This document shows, piece by piece, positions 40,839-50,132 of a stretch of 64,000 bases of DNA. Source of the DNA: Desulfatiglandales bacterium (GTDB lineage Bacteria > Desulfobacterota > DSM-4660 > Desulfatiglandales > Desulfatiglandaceae); the NCBI GenBank assembly GCA_963666345.1, contig OY762721.1, positions 2,400,001-2,464,000 of the forward strand. Direction: 5' to 3'. How positions within the stretch are numbered: position 1 is the first letter of the stretch; each line of letters opens with the position of its first letter. The translations under genes were made by a program, and so were the position numbers. The notes under the pieces were generated by a model. The model saw nothing but the letters and a program-made list of their open reading frames with translations. It was not told the DNA's origin and did no database searches.

Positions 40839-41960
40839 ATGGCTAATCCATTCACATTGCGGGTTATTCCGCCTTTTTATCCTTTTTGCAACCGTACCAT
40901 TGAGCTCCGGCAGCTATGTTCTCATGCGGACAATAAAGCAAATGTTGTGTTATTTTCGCCCAGACGCTACGGAAAAACTTCGCTCGTAAGAAAACTTCAG
41001 TCCGACCTGTCCGAAAAGGGCTTTTTTACGGTTTATGTCGACTTTTTCATGGCAACATCCGAAAGTGAAATCGCCCGGCGTATTTCCCAAAGCATATATT
41101 CTGTTCTGCATGCGCGTGAATCACTTTTGGGCAAAGGCGTTCGTTTTCTAAAGACATTTAAAACCTTCCGTCCCGTGTTTAAGCCATCCCCTGAAAGCGG
41201 TTTTTCATTTTCTGTTGAGCCTGTCTCATCGGCTATATCCGGTATCGACCTCATTGACAATGTGATGGAAGACCTCGGTCAGTTTATTCGCGCTGAATCG
41301 ATAAATGCCCATATTGTCTTTGATGAATTCCAGGAAATCAGTGAATTGAAAAACTCACCCATAGAAGGGATTTTTCGAAGACACATCCAGGAACAACGGG
41401 CATCCTATTTTTTTGTAGGCAGCCGCAGGAGAATTCTTCTCGATATGTTCAACAGAAAAAGCCGGCCGTTTTATCAAAGTGCAATAATGTATCCCTTAAG
41501 ACCTTTACCTGCCAAGGAACTCGTTTTATTTCTGGTTGATAGATTCAAGGAGGGCGGAAAAAGTTGTCCCATCCGGGTCGCTGAAAAAATTTCGGAAAAG
41601 GTGTCCCAATATCCTTACTATGCGCAAGCCCTGGCATATAATGTATTCGAAATTGTCCAAGACATTGTCACGGAAGATGATATTCAGACCGGTTTTAACA
41701 ACATGCTGGCCTCTGAAAGATACGGCTACGAGGCTATGGTTCAGGGACTTACCGGACCCCAGATCGCTCTTTTAAAGGCCCTTGCCGTTGATCCTGTTTC
41801 AAAGATCCTGTCCGCAGAATATATGAATCGCCACAGGCTGTCTGCCGGCGGGATTCAATACGCCCGCAATAAATTGGAAAGTCTGGACTTAATAGAGAGA
41901 CACGACAATATCTGGAAAATAGTCGATCCGGTCTTCGCCTGCTGGCTGGCCGGGTATTGA
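40839..41960 (+). CDS. AAA/'archaeal-type' ATPase with probable C-terminal winged helix
   Basis: NPF...FCNR..E, Walker A SPRRYGKTS, Walker B IVFDEFQEI, GS, and C-terminal IVDPVF..WL. Confidence 0.85.
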   Translation: MANPFTLRVIPPFYPFCNRTIELRQLCSHADNKANVVLFSPRRYGKTSLVRKLQSDLSEKGFFTVYVDFFMATSESEIARRISQSIYSVLHARESLLGKGVRFLKTFKTFRPVFKPSPESGFSFSVEPVSSAISGIDLIDNVMEDLGQFIRAESINAHIVFDEFQEISELKNSPIEGIFRRHIQEQRASYFFVGSRRRILLDMFNRKSRPFYQSAIMYPLRPLPAKELVLFLVDRFKEGGKSCPIRVAEKISEKVSQYPYYAQALAYNVFEIVQDIVTEDDIQTGFNNMLASERYGYEAMVQGLTGPQIALLKALAVDPVSKILSAEYMNRHRLSAGGIQYARNKLESLDLIERHDNIWKIVDPVFACWLAGY

Positions 41961-42098
41961 TCCGGACAGATAATCGAACTTCCTCCTGCAAGGCAGAATG
42001 TTGTTGTTTCTGTTGAAAAAAAGCAACCGGAAACCAGCCTGCCAACAATTGAAGAGATCGAAGAGGAACAAAAAAACAGTCCTTAATAAGCGCTTAAG

Positions 42099-42324
42099 CC
42101 GAACGATATTGCCGTTAAAGGAGTAACGTTTTGGTAGCTTCCTTAAAAAACCGGTTTAGATGTCACGTTGTGATTGACAATCCACCCGCCATGCCTCTCC
42201 ACAGGATGCGCAACCCGGCGGGTTTCTGGATATGTTGCTCGCAGAAAAATGGGTGGAAGAGGGACGTGATGAAGTCATGCGGATTGAAGAGAGGCTGAAA
42301 AAGTGGAAGGTGGTCAAAAAATAG
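42099..42324 (+). repeat. Repeat R copy 2 fused to a copy of the 3' end of the XRE gene
   Basis: R core ends at 42223; ~42217-42324 aligns with ~40661-40768. Confidence 0.85.
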
Positions 42325-42393
42325 TGAACCTCTGAAATTTCAACACTTCTTCCCGCTGGCGCAAGACAAGCCGGTTTTTGAAAGGGAAAAAAC

Positions 42394-42960
42394 ATGAAAG
42401 ACGCTAAAATAATTGTTCCTGTTGAGAGCGTTGAAAGAACTATTCTGATGATACGAGGCCAAAAGGTGATGATCGACGCTGATCTCGCAAAGCTCTATGG
42501 TGTAACCACCAAGCGACTTAATGAGCAAATCAGGCGTAACAGGGATCGCTTTCCAAATGATTTCATGTTCCAGCTTACTGCTCGTGAAAAAAAAGAGGTG
42601 GTCGCAAATTGCGACCACCTTTCTCAGTTAAAGTTTTCCACTGTGTTTCCTTATGCATTTACGGAACACGGGGCAATTATGGCAGCCAGTGTGCTCAATA
42701 CACGGCGTGCAATAGAGGCCAGCCTCTTTGTTGTCCGTGCATTCGTCAAACTCCGTGAGATGCTGTCAACTCATAAAGAATTGGCTCAAAAGCTTGCGGA
42801 CTTGGAGAGACGCCTTGAAGCTCATGATGATCAGTTCAAGGTTGTCTTTGATGCAATACGCGCACTTATGGTTGAAACCGAAAAACCCAAAAGGAAAATT
42901 GGGTTTGAAGCCAAGGAACCAAAAGGCCGCTATGCCAGAGGAACCAAGAAAAAACATTAA
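42394..42960 (+). CDS. ORF6N-domain DNA-binding protein, copy 2
   Basis: RGQKVMIDADLAKLYGVTTKRLNEQIRRNRDRFP.DFMFQLT, FTEHGAIM and KRKIGF motifs. Confidence 0.92.
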   Translation: MKDAKIIVPVESVERTILMIRGQKVMIDADLAKLYGVTTKRLNEQIRRNRDRFPNDFMFQLTAREKKEVVANCDHLSQLKFSTVFPYAFTEHGAIMAASVLNTRRAIEASLFVVRAFVKLREMLSTHKELAQKLADLERRLEAHDDQFKVVFDAIRALMVETEKPKRKIGFEAKEPKGRYARGTKKKH

Positions 42961-43090
42961 TGAATCCGTATTTTAAAACTTGTAGAAATTCCTTTTGTCT
43001 TTGACCGTATCTGTCAAAACCGTGAGTTAAGATGTGACCAATGTTGTGATTTTCTCATCAAAAAGTAACTGCCGTTAATAATGTCTTAAG

Positions 43091-43316
43091 CCGGACCATA
43101 CTCTCATTGAAGGAGTAACGTTTTGGCAACCTCGATAAAAAGCCAATTTAGAAGTCACGTTGTGATTGACAATCCACCCGCCATGCCTCTCCACAGGATG
43201 CGCAACCCGGCGGGTTTCTGGATATGTTGCTCGCAGGAAAATGGGTGGAAGAGGGACGTGATGAAGTCCTGCGGATTGAAGAGAGTTTTAAAAAGTGGAA
43301 GGTGGTCAAAAAATAA
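43091..43316 (+). repeat. Repeat R copy 3 fused to a copy of the 3' end of the XRE gene
   Basis: Near-identical to copy 2 from GTCACGTTGTGATTGACAATCC through GTGGTCAAAAAATA. Confidence 0.85.
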
Positions 43317-43334
43317 ACGCTGAAGCGTAATATT

Positions 43335-43378
43335 GTATTGCATTACGATTAATAATAAGATAAGTAGTAATGTAATAC
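43335..43378. promoter_or_regulatory. AT-rich inverted repeat upstream of the second ATPase
   Basis: GTATTGCATTAC-N20-GTAATGTAATAC (one mismatch). Confidence 0.5.
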
Positions 43379-43438
43379 TATTAAATTGGCCTTACTGTTG
43401 TATAGCGTTCCTGTCAACACGGTTATGGAGATTGCAAA

Positions 43439-44674
43439 ATGTTAGATGATATTTTCAGGCTCAGTAGAAACTTTCTGAAAACTTTCAACAAGCCCTACAC
43501 ACGATATTTTCTTCAAAAATATCCGCTTACAAGCAGGTTTTCCATTATCACCGGCCAGCGAGGCGTCGGCAAAACCACGGCAATGATTCAAAAAACATTA
43601 TCAGCGAATGATGATGATATTTTTGCAAAAAAGGCATTATACGTTCCCGTTGACCATTTCATTGTGGCTGGCAGAAGCCTTTATGAAATTGCTGAAGATT
43701 TTTATAATCTTGGCGGTAAAATGATATGTTTTGATGAGATTCATAAATATGACGGCTGGTCAAGTGAGCTGAAGAGTATTTATGACAGCCTGCGGAACCT
43801 GACTATACTCGCTTCAGGCAGCTCTGCCTTGGAGATTCAGAAGGGCAGCCATGATTTGAGCAGAAGAGCTGTAGTCCATCCAATGACAGGACTCTCTTTC
43901 AGAGAATACATCGATTTGGCCGAAGGCATTAAAACTGAATCACTCGTCCTAAAAAGCATATTAGAAGAGCACGAAAAGCTTTCATACGACATTATTGCGG
44001 CCATAGAAGGCAAAAAGAAAAAAATTTTAGCGCTTTTCAAGGATTATCTTCAGTTCGGATATTTTCCCTATTTTACGGAATTTGACGATATTTCATTATA
44101 TCACATAACGTTGGAACAAAGTATCCGTACGACAATAGAAAGTGATTTTTTATCCATATACCCGACATTAAATGGCAGCAGTATAAAAAAAATTAAAAGA
44201 CTCCTTGCTGTTATTTCAGAATCCGCTCCATTTATACCTGATTTGAAACGCCTCAAAAGAATTGTTGAAATTGGAGATGAACGCACTCTTAAAAATTATC
44301 TCAAGTATCTTGAAGACGGAGGGCTAATTTTATCTCTCACAAAAAGTGGAAGTGGGCTTGGCGTCCTGGAAAAACCGGATAAAATATATCTTAATAACCC
44401 GAATCAGATATATGCAATGAGCAGAGAGGGCAAAGAAAATATAGGAACCATACGCGAAACATTTTTTATAAACATGCTTTCAGTTATGCATAAAGTCTCA
44501 ATGCCCAAAAAGGGAGATTTTTATGTTGATAATAAATATACTTTTGAGATAGGGGGCAAAAATAAAAGCTTTAAGCAGATAAAGGACACTAACAATTCTT
44601 TTCTTGCAATTGACGACGTAGAAGCAGGAATCAGCAACAAAATCCCATTATGGTTGTTTGGCTTTTTGTATTAA
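43439..44674 (+). CDS. AAA_14/DUF4143-like ATPase
   Basis: GQRGVGKTT, FDEIHKY..W..ELK..YD, SGSS, DLSRRA, GLSFREY, YLQFGYFP, KPDKIYLNNPN and GDF.VD...FEIGG motifs. Confidence 0.88.
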   Translation: MLDDIFRLSRNFLKTFNKPYTRYFLQKYPLTSRFSIITGQRGVGKTTAMIQKTLSANDDDIFAKKALYVPVDHFIVAGRSLYEIAEDFYNLGGKMICFDEIHKYDGWSSELKSIYDSLRNLTILASGSSALEIQKGSHDLSRRAVVHPMTGLSFREYIDLAEGIKTESLVLKSILEEHEKLSYDIIAAIEGKKKKILALFKDYLQFGYFPYFTEFDDISLYHITLEQSIRTTIESDFLSIYPTLNGSSIKKIKRLLAVISESAPFIPDLKRLKRIVEIGDERTLKNYLKYLEDGGLILSLTKSGSGLGVLEKPDKIYLNNPNQIYAMSREGKENIGTIRETFFINMLSVMHKVSMPKKGDFYVDNKYTFEIGGKNKSFKQIKDTNNSFLAIDDVEAGISNKIPLWLFGFLY

Positions 44675-44708
44675 GACAACGGGAAAAGAAGAGGAAGAGG
44701 GGCGTCGG

Positions 44709-44833
44709 CCCGACGATCTTAGCACCGGGGGAGTTTTGTTTTGGTAGTTGCCATTAAAAACCGGTTTAGAAGTCAAATGGTGATTGACAATCAACCCGCC
44801 ACGCCTCTCCACAGGATGCGCACCTCGGCGGGT
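44709..44833 (+). repeat. Repeat R copy 4, directly upstream of cas3
   Basis: Same core; ACCCGCC/GGCGGGT stem followed by TTTTGTTTTT. Confidence 0.85.
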
Positions 44834-44874
44834 TTTTGTTTTTGGATATAGGACACTACCTGACCCACATGGCA

Positions 44875-44883
44875 TGTTATAAT
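44875..44883 (+). promoter_or_regulatory. Extended -10 promoter candidate for the cas operon
   Basis: TG-T-TATAAT about 80 bp before the cas3 ATG. Confidence 0.5.
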
Positions 44884-44960
44884 AGCCCGGAATCAGATTC
44901 CCGCAATTATTCTCTTCAATTTGGCTGCTGACTGAAAGTCTGATTTTAACAGGATAATAG

Positions 44961-47771
44961 ATGAGCGATTTCTTTCCAGATTATTTCAAATATTGGGGCA
45001 AGGCTGACAAGGATGATCCAACCAAGTATCACCTTTTACCCTATCATTGCTTGGATGTGGCGGCGGTAGGTAAAATCCTATTAGAAAAAAAACCTTTTCT
45101 TTTAAAGCAGCTATCTCGATTAAGCTGCATTGAAGAAACAGTTTTGAAAAATATTTTAGTATTTTTCCTGGCATTGCATGATCTGGGTAAATTTTCTGAA
45201 AGCTTTCAGTATGTCAGGCCTGATTTGTTAAAAAAGCTACAAGGCAAAGTAAAAAGTCATAAACAGACTTACTCACGAAAGGATTTTGGTCATGATTCCA
45301 TTGGATTCTTATTGTGGAAAGAACGCGCCTTTAAGCAAGTTATAGGGCAGATAGTTCAACAATATGGTCAGGTTGGGGACGAAAATGATTGGTGGGATCT
45401 GCTTAAATGGTTCATGGAAGCCTCTAACGGGCATCATGGTTTACCCGTTAAACAGGACAATAGAGTATTGGTTGATTATTTTGATGACCTCGATCAGCGT
45501 GCTGCGTCTGAATTTACTAAAGATATAATCGAGTTGTTCTCTTTGGAAGATGTTTTAAGGATAGATTTAGATCAGAATTATGAACGATTATATAGACAGC
45601 TCTCCGTGGCATCATGGTCGTTCACAGGTTTTTATGTTCTCTGTGACTGGATTGGATCTGACGAAAAAATTTTCAAATCCCAGTCAAAGGAACAACCACT
45701 AAAGCAGTACTGGAAAAAAACTGCATTAAAAAGGGCTCAAGAGGCAATAGGTAAAGCAGGTATTTTGCCATGCAAAGCAAACTATGAACTTGATCCATTA
45801 GCAGAGTTGCTTGATTTGCCAGAAAATGCACAACTAACCCCTTTGCAGGCCTTGGTTCACGATATTCAATTGGTTGACAACCCCCAACTCTTCATTATTG
45901 AAGATGAAACCGGGGCGGGAAAAACAGAGGCGAGTTTAATTCTATTGAATCGTTTGATGGCTAAGGGGTTGGCAAATGGTTTCTATTTAGCCTTGCCAAC
46001 CATGGCAACTGCTGATGGTATTTATCCCAGAGTCCAAAAGACCTATGATAGCCTTTACCTTCCACATGAAAAACCTTCTTTAATTTTGTCCCATAGTTCA
46101 GCCAAACTCAGCGATAAGTTCACTGAAACCATTATATGTTCAGCTCGTGCTGTTTCAGAACAGACATATAGCGATGATGCCATGTCGCGTTGTCAGGAAT
46201 GGTTGGTCGATAACCGTAAAAAATCCCTGTTGGCACATGTCGGGGTCGGCACGATTGATCAAGCTTTCTTGGCAGTGCTAAAAGTAAAATATCAATCCTT
46301 ACGTTTAATCGGCTTGGTCGGCAAGGTCTTGGTTATTGATGAAGCTCATGCCTACGACGCATACATGGGAAAAGAACTGGAAGTTCTCCTTCAAGTTCAT
46401 GCCGCCTTAGGTGGAAGCGCCATTGTTATGTCGGCGACACTTCCATTTTTGATACGACAGAAACTAACTGATGCTTTCCTTAAGGGGATAGGTTCAGAAG
46501 CTCTTGAATTAGATAAAAAAGATTTATATCCACTTTTGACTCATATTGCAGATGGTTACAAGAAAGAGTTGGCTTTTGCCTGTAAACAGGGAAATAACAA
46601 AAAAGATGTTCGGATAAAATTCATACATTCTGATCAAGAGGTTGACCAGCTTATCATGCAGAATCTCGAGATGGGCCTGTGTGTTTGCTGGATAAGAAAT
46701 TCAGTCAAAGATGCGAGACAAACTTTTAAACGACTTAAGAGTAATGGTTTGAAGGTAGAGCTTTTCCATGCCCGTTTTACTATAGCTGATCGTTTGGATG
46801 TTCAGGGCCGAATATTAAATACTTTCGGCAAAAAGGGTGGTTTTGAGGAAAGAAAAGGCAGGCTGGTAATCGCCACCCAGGTAGTTGAACAGTCCCTTGA
46901 CCTTGATTTTGATGTTATGATTACCGATTTAGCGCCTATTGATTTGATGTTGCAACGGGCGGGGCGAATGCACCGCCATATTCGGGACAAAATAGGCAAT
47001 TTCAAAACAGATGGTGATGATGAACGAGGCGCGGCAACTCTATATATTCATACGCCTGAATATACCGACAGTCCTCAGTCTGAATGGTTTTCAGCCTTTT
47101 TCCCAAATGCAAAAAAGGTCTATGAAAATCATGCCAGGCTATGGTTGGGTTTAAAACAGCTAAGCCAACTCCCAAAACCAAAACCTACGTTGCCGGAAAA
47201 TATTAGAGATTTGATCGAAAACGTGTATGGCAAGGACTCTGAAATTCCTAAAGAGCTTGAAAAATTTGATATAAACGCATACGGCAATCAAAGTAGCCAG
47301 CGCACCATAGGTGAATTTAACACGATTGATTATGAAATTGGCTATACAATGGATGGGCAAAACTGGGAAGAAGATTTGAAAATGCCAACCCGATTGGGAG
47401 AGGAAACACTTATCCTAATCTTGGCAAAATGGAAAAACGGGGAATTGGTACCGTTTACTCCAGGGGAAAAACAAAGATGGCAAAAAAACGAGATAAGAGT
47501 TCTAAAGAAAAATATAGCTGAAATACCTTTATTTAACGAACACCAAGATGAAGTTGACATGATTAAACAGCGTATGCCGAGTAAGGGTAAATGGATTAAC
47601 TTGCTTCCAATGGTATGGGATGCCGAAAAAGCATTTTGGGCGGCAGAGGTCATTGATGCCAAAGGTCATGCCGACAAAGTTTATTATAGTTCGGAACAAG
47701 GCTTGATTTATGGCTATGAGTTCGAGGCTGTAAGAAATGATGATCAATTAGAAAAGGATGAATTGATATGA
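44961..47771 (+). CDS. cas3: CRISPR-associated nuclease/helicase Cas3
   Basis: WGK, HCLDVA and LHDLGK (HD domain); TGAGKTE, GTIDQ, IDEAH, MSAT, FHARF, ATQVVEQSLDLD and QRAGR motifs. Confidence 0.97.
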   Translation: MSDFFPDYFKYWGKADKDDPTKYHLLPYHCLDVAAVGKILLEKKPFLLKQLSRLSCIEETVLKNILVFFLALHDLGKFSESFQYVRPDLLKKLQGKVKSHKQTYSRKDFGHDSIGFLLWKERAFKQVIGQIVQQYGQVGDENDWWDLLKWFMEASNGHHGLPVKQDNRVLVDYFDDLDQRAASEFTKDIIELFSLEDVLRIDLDQNYERLYRQLSVASWSFTGFYVLCDWIGSDEKIFKSQSKEQPLKQYWKKTALKRAQEAIGKAGILPCKANYELDPLAELLDLPENAQLTPLQALVHDIQLVDNPQLFIIEDETGAGKTEASLILLNRLMAKGLANGFYLALPTMATADGIYPRVQKTYDSLYLPHEKPSLILSHSSAKLSDKFTETIICSARAVSEQTYSDDAMSRCQEWLVDNRKKSLLAHVGVGTIDQAFLAVLKVKYQSLRLIGLVGKVLVIDEAHAYDAYMGKELEVLLQVHAALGGSAIVMSATLPFLIRQKLTDAFLKGIGSEALELDKKDLYPLLTHIADGYKKELAFACKQGNNKKDVRIKFIHSDQEVDQLIMQNLEMGLCVCWIRNSVKDARQTFKRLKSNGLKVELFHARFTIADRLDVQGRILNTFGKKGGFEERKGRLVIATQVVEQSLDLDFDVMITDLAPIDLMLQRAGRMHRHIRDKIGNFKTDGDDERGAATLYIHTPEYTDSPQSEWFSAFFPNAKKVYENHARLWLGLKQLSQLPKPKPTLPENIRDLIENVYGKDSEIPKELEKFDINAYGNQSSQRTIGEFNTIDYEIGYTMDGQNWEEDLKMPTRLGEETLILILAKWKNGELVPFTPGEKQRWQKNEIRVLKKNIAEIPLFNEHQDEVDMIKQRMPSKGKWINLLPMVWDAEKAFWAAEVIDAKGHADKVYYSSEQGLIYGYEFEAVRNDDQLEKDELI

Positions 47772-49543
47772 AACAATTTAATTTGTTGTTCGATCCGTGG
47801 ATACCTGTAAGAACCCGACATGGTGAGAATAAGCCGATTAAAGCATATGAAGTTGTGCAGAACGATATTGTCGCTCTTGATGCGCCGAGGGCCGATTTTA
47901 ATGCGGCTTTGATGCAGTTTTTAATCGGTCTATTGCAAACGGTTTCTGCACCGGAAAATCCCAGAGCCTGGCGCAAGCTATTTAGTCAGCCGCCTTCTGA
48001 AGATGAATTAAAGACAAAATTTAAAGGAATTGAGAAGGCTTTCTATCTGGATGGTGATGGTTATCGGTTTATGCAGGATGCATTAGCAATAAACACCGGT
48101 GAGATACGCCCTATTGAAGAAATGATATTCGGTGCTCCTGGTGAAAGCGGTAAAGGCAAGAATCAAGATTTCTTTGTAAAGCAAAACAATATAGATGGGC
48201 TTTGTTTTTCTTGCGCTGCAGCGGCATTGTTGACTGCTAATGTTTTTGCAGAAGATGGAGGACGGGGTTATTTTCAATCCATGAGGGGCAATGGTTTTGT
48301 TTCATGTCTTGTCCAATTAGACGAACAGCAATCAGATAAATCTCTATGGAAAAATCTCTGGCTGAACATTGTAGAAGATAATATTGAATCTATCATAGAA
48401 CCAGAAAGGAACTTTTATTGGATTAAAGATTTACCAGACAGACCCTATGTGGAGAGATTGGAAAAAACGAAGCTCAGCATAATTGATTTGAAGGCAAAGA
48501 AGAAAGGGAGTAAAAACGGAACATATAAAAATGAGATAGATGAACAAATAAAACAATTAGAAAAAGAATCTGATAGGATAAAAGAAAAGATAGATGGTTT
48601 AGGTAACAACAAAATCGTTTACCCTGAAAGCGGTACCCTTCAAGCCCACTGGGCATGGATGCGACGATTTTTTTTAAATACGAAAAATACCATTAACGGA
48701 GAATGCAGTATGTGCCGTAGCATGGACGAATTGATAACTGATTTTTATAAAACTGGAAAAGGATACAAATACCCTAAAGAAGAGTGGCAAAATAAACATC
48801 CTTTTTCACCAAGCAAAAAATACCAAAGAGACCATTACAACAAAAATAATTTAAAATATAAGGACAAAATGCTTGTCATAGAAATGACTCAAAACGGTTT
48901 GCCTTACACTCATTGGCAAGATTTTGTGATACAAACTGAAAAGCAAACTCCCGCGAAAGTGATCAACAGACATTTAAGAGAAAGGCATCCGGATGAGCAG
49001 CTTATTATTTGGTCATTTGGTTATGCAATGGATAGTAATTCCCCTAAAGGGTGGTACGAGTCAAAAACTCCCTTTTATTTGCTGAAAGATAAAGAGCAGC
49101 GGGAAATTTTTGAAGTTGAGATTGATAGATATATTCAAGGCGCTAATAAAATTGCCGACAACCGGACCGGTTATTTGCTCTATGCAATTAAAAATGCCTG
49201 GTTTGATGAAAGTAAAGACAAAAATAAAGTTCAAAAAAATTATTTCAACAATAACAAAGCCTCCGAAATCGCAAAATGCTTCTGGAACAATACCGAAAGT
49301 AAATTTTATGAACAGATGAAAGCGCTTTATGCCATTGCCAATCAGCTTACCGATGATAAAAAAGTTGAGTTGCGGCAAGACTGGTATGAGTATATTAAGA
49401 ATGAAGCTAATAAACTGTTTGATCGGTGGGCATTTAGAGCTGGTATTCAGATGAACCCAAGACGCATTGCCAAAGCGCATAATCAGTTAACAACAAATCT
49501 AAACAGTAAATCACTGAAACAGAATATATTGGGTTTGCCATAG
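47768..49543 (+). CDS. cas8e: Type I-E Cascade large subunit Cse1/CasA (Cas8e)
   Basis: FNLLFDPWIPVR, PRADFN, F.LDGDG.RFMQ, DFFVK, LC..CA and LWKNLWLN motifs; operon position. Confidence 0.9.
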   Translation: MKQFNLLFDPWIPVRTRHGENKPIKAYEVVQNDIVALDAPRADFNAALMQFLIGLLQTVSAPENPRAWRKLFSQPPSEDELKTKFKGIEKAFYLDGDGYRFMQDALAINTGEIRPIEEMIFGAPGESGKGKNQDFFVKQNNIDGLCFSCAAAALLTANVFAEDGGRGYFQSMRGNGFVSCLVQLDEQQSDKSLWKNLWLNIVEDNIESIIEPERNFYWIKDLPDRPYVERLEKTKLSIIDLKAKKKGSKNGTYKNEIDEQIKQLEKESDRIKEKIDGLGNNKIVYPESGTLQAHWAWMRRFFLNTKNTINGECSMCRSMDELITDFYKTGKGYKYPKEEWQNKHPFSPSKKYQRDHYNKNNLKYKDKMLVIEMTQNGLPYTHWQDFVIQTEKQTPAKVINRHLRERHPDEQLIIWSFGYAMDSNSPKGWYESKTPFYLLKDKEQREIFEVEIDRYIQGANKIADNRTGYLLYAIKNAWFDESKDKNKVQKNYFNNNKASEIAKCFWNNTESKFYEQMKALYAIANQLTDDKKVELRQDWYEYIKNEANKLFDRWAFRAGIQMNPRRIAKAHNQLTTNLNSKSLKQNILGLP

Positions 49544-49554
49544 GAGGATAAATA

Positions 49555-50121
49555 ATGAGTGAATCAATAGAACCTAAGATTTTTGGAGAAGGTCATCCCG
49601 CCAGCGTTTTTATCTTAGAATGGTGGGAGAGTTTGAAACAGAATAAAGGTGACAGAGCCGAGTTGAGGCGCTGTAAAAATCTTGAAGAGATTCAAAAGGC
49701 TTCGGCCTATCAGCGTTGCTACTGGCAATTAAAAAAACACTTTACCCCGGAACAACAGATTCCGTCCAGAGAACAGATGGCCATTATTATCGGTTTGGCT
49801 GCTCATATTGAGGACAATGATACAAAACATATAGACAAAAATAGTAATAAGGAAGAGAAATACTATTTTGCCTATCAAATGGCCGCACCAAAGGGTAAAG
49901 AAAAAGATGCCCCACCTAAACTTAGCGAATTGCGTTTCCGCCGCTTACTGAAAATCAAAGACCGGGTAAAATTATACCGTTTTCTCATTCAGGTTATTCG
50001 CATGTTGGAAAAAAAAGTCAATCTGCTGGATTTGTTAAGTATTGCCTATTTTTGGGGCGATAAGGCCAAAACGAATCTGGCTTATAAATATTACGAACAA
50101 GCCAATCTGAAAGCTAAATAA
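49555..50121 (+). CDS. cas11: Type I-E small subunit Cse2/CasB (Cas11)
   Basis: WW..L...GDRAELRRC, LSELRFRRLL and W....LAY.YY motifs. Confidence 0.92.
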   Translation: MSESIEPKIFGEGHPASVFILEWWESLKQNKGDRAELRRCKNLEEIQKASAYQRCYWQLKKHFTPEQQIPSREQMAIIIGLAAHIEDNDTKHIDKNSNKEEKYYFAYQMAAPKGKEKDAPPKLSELRFRRLLKIKDRVKLYRFLIQVIRMLEKKVNLLDLLSIAYFWGDKAKTNLAYKYYEQANLKAK

Positions 50122-50132
50122 AGGAGGATACT

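Noticed and set aside
39372..44833. Repeat R as integron attC sites or as a degenerate CRISPR mini-array (CreA-like)
   Set aside because: No RYYYAAC/GTTRRRY boundaries and no integrase seen. Similarity to the CRISPR repeat is limited to CCACA..TGCG, without the repeat stem or repeat-spacer-repeat geometry.
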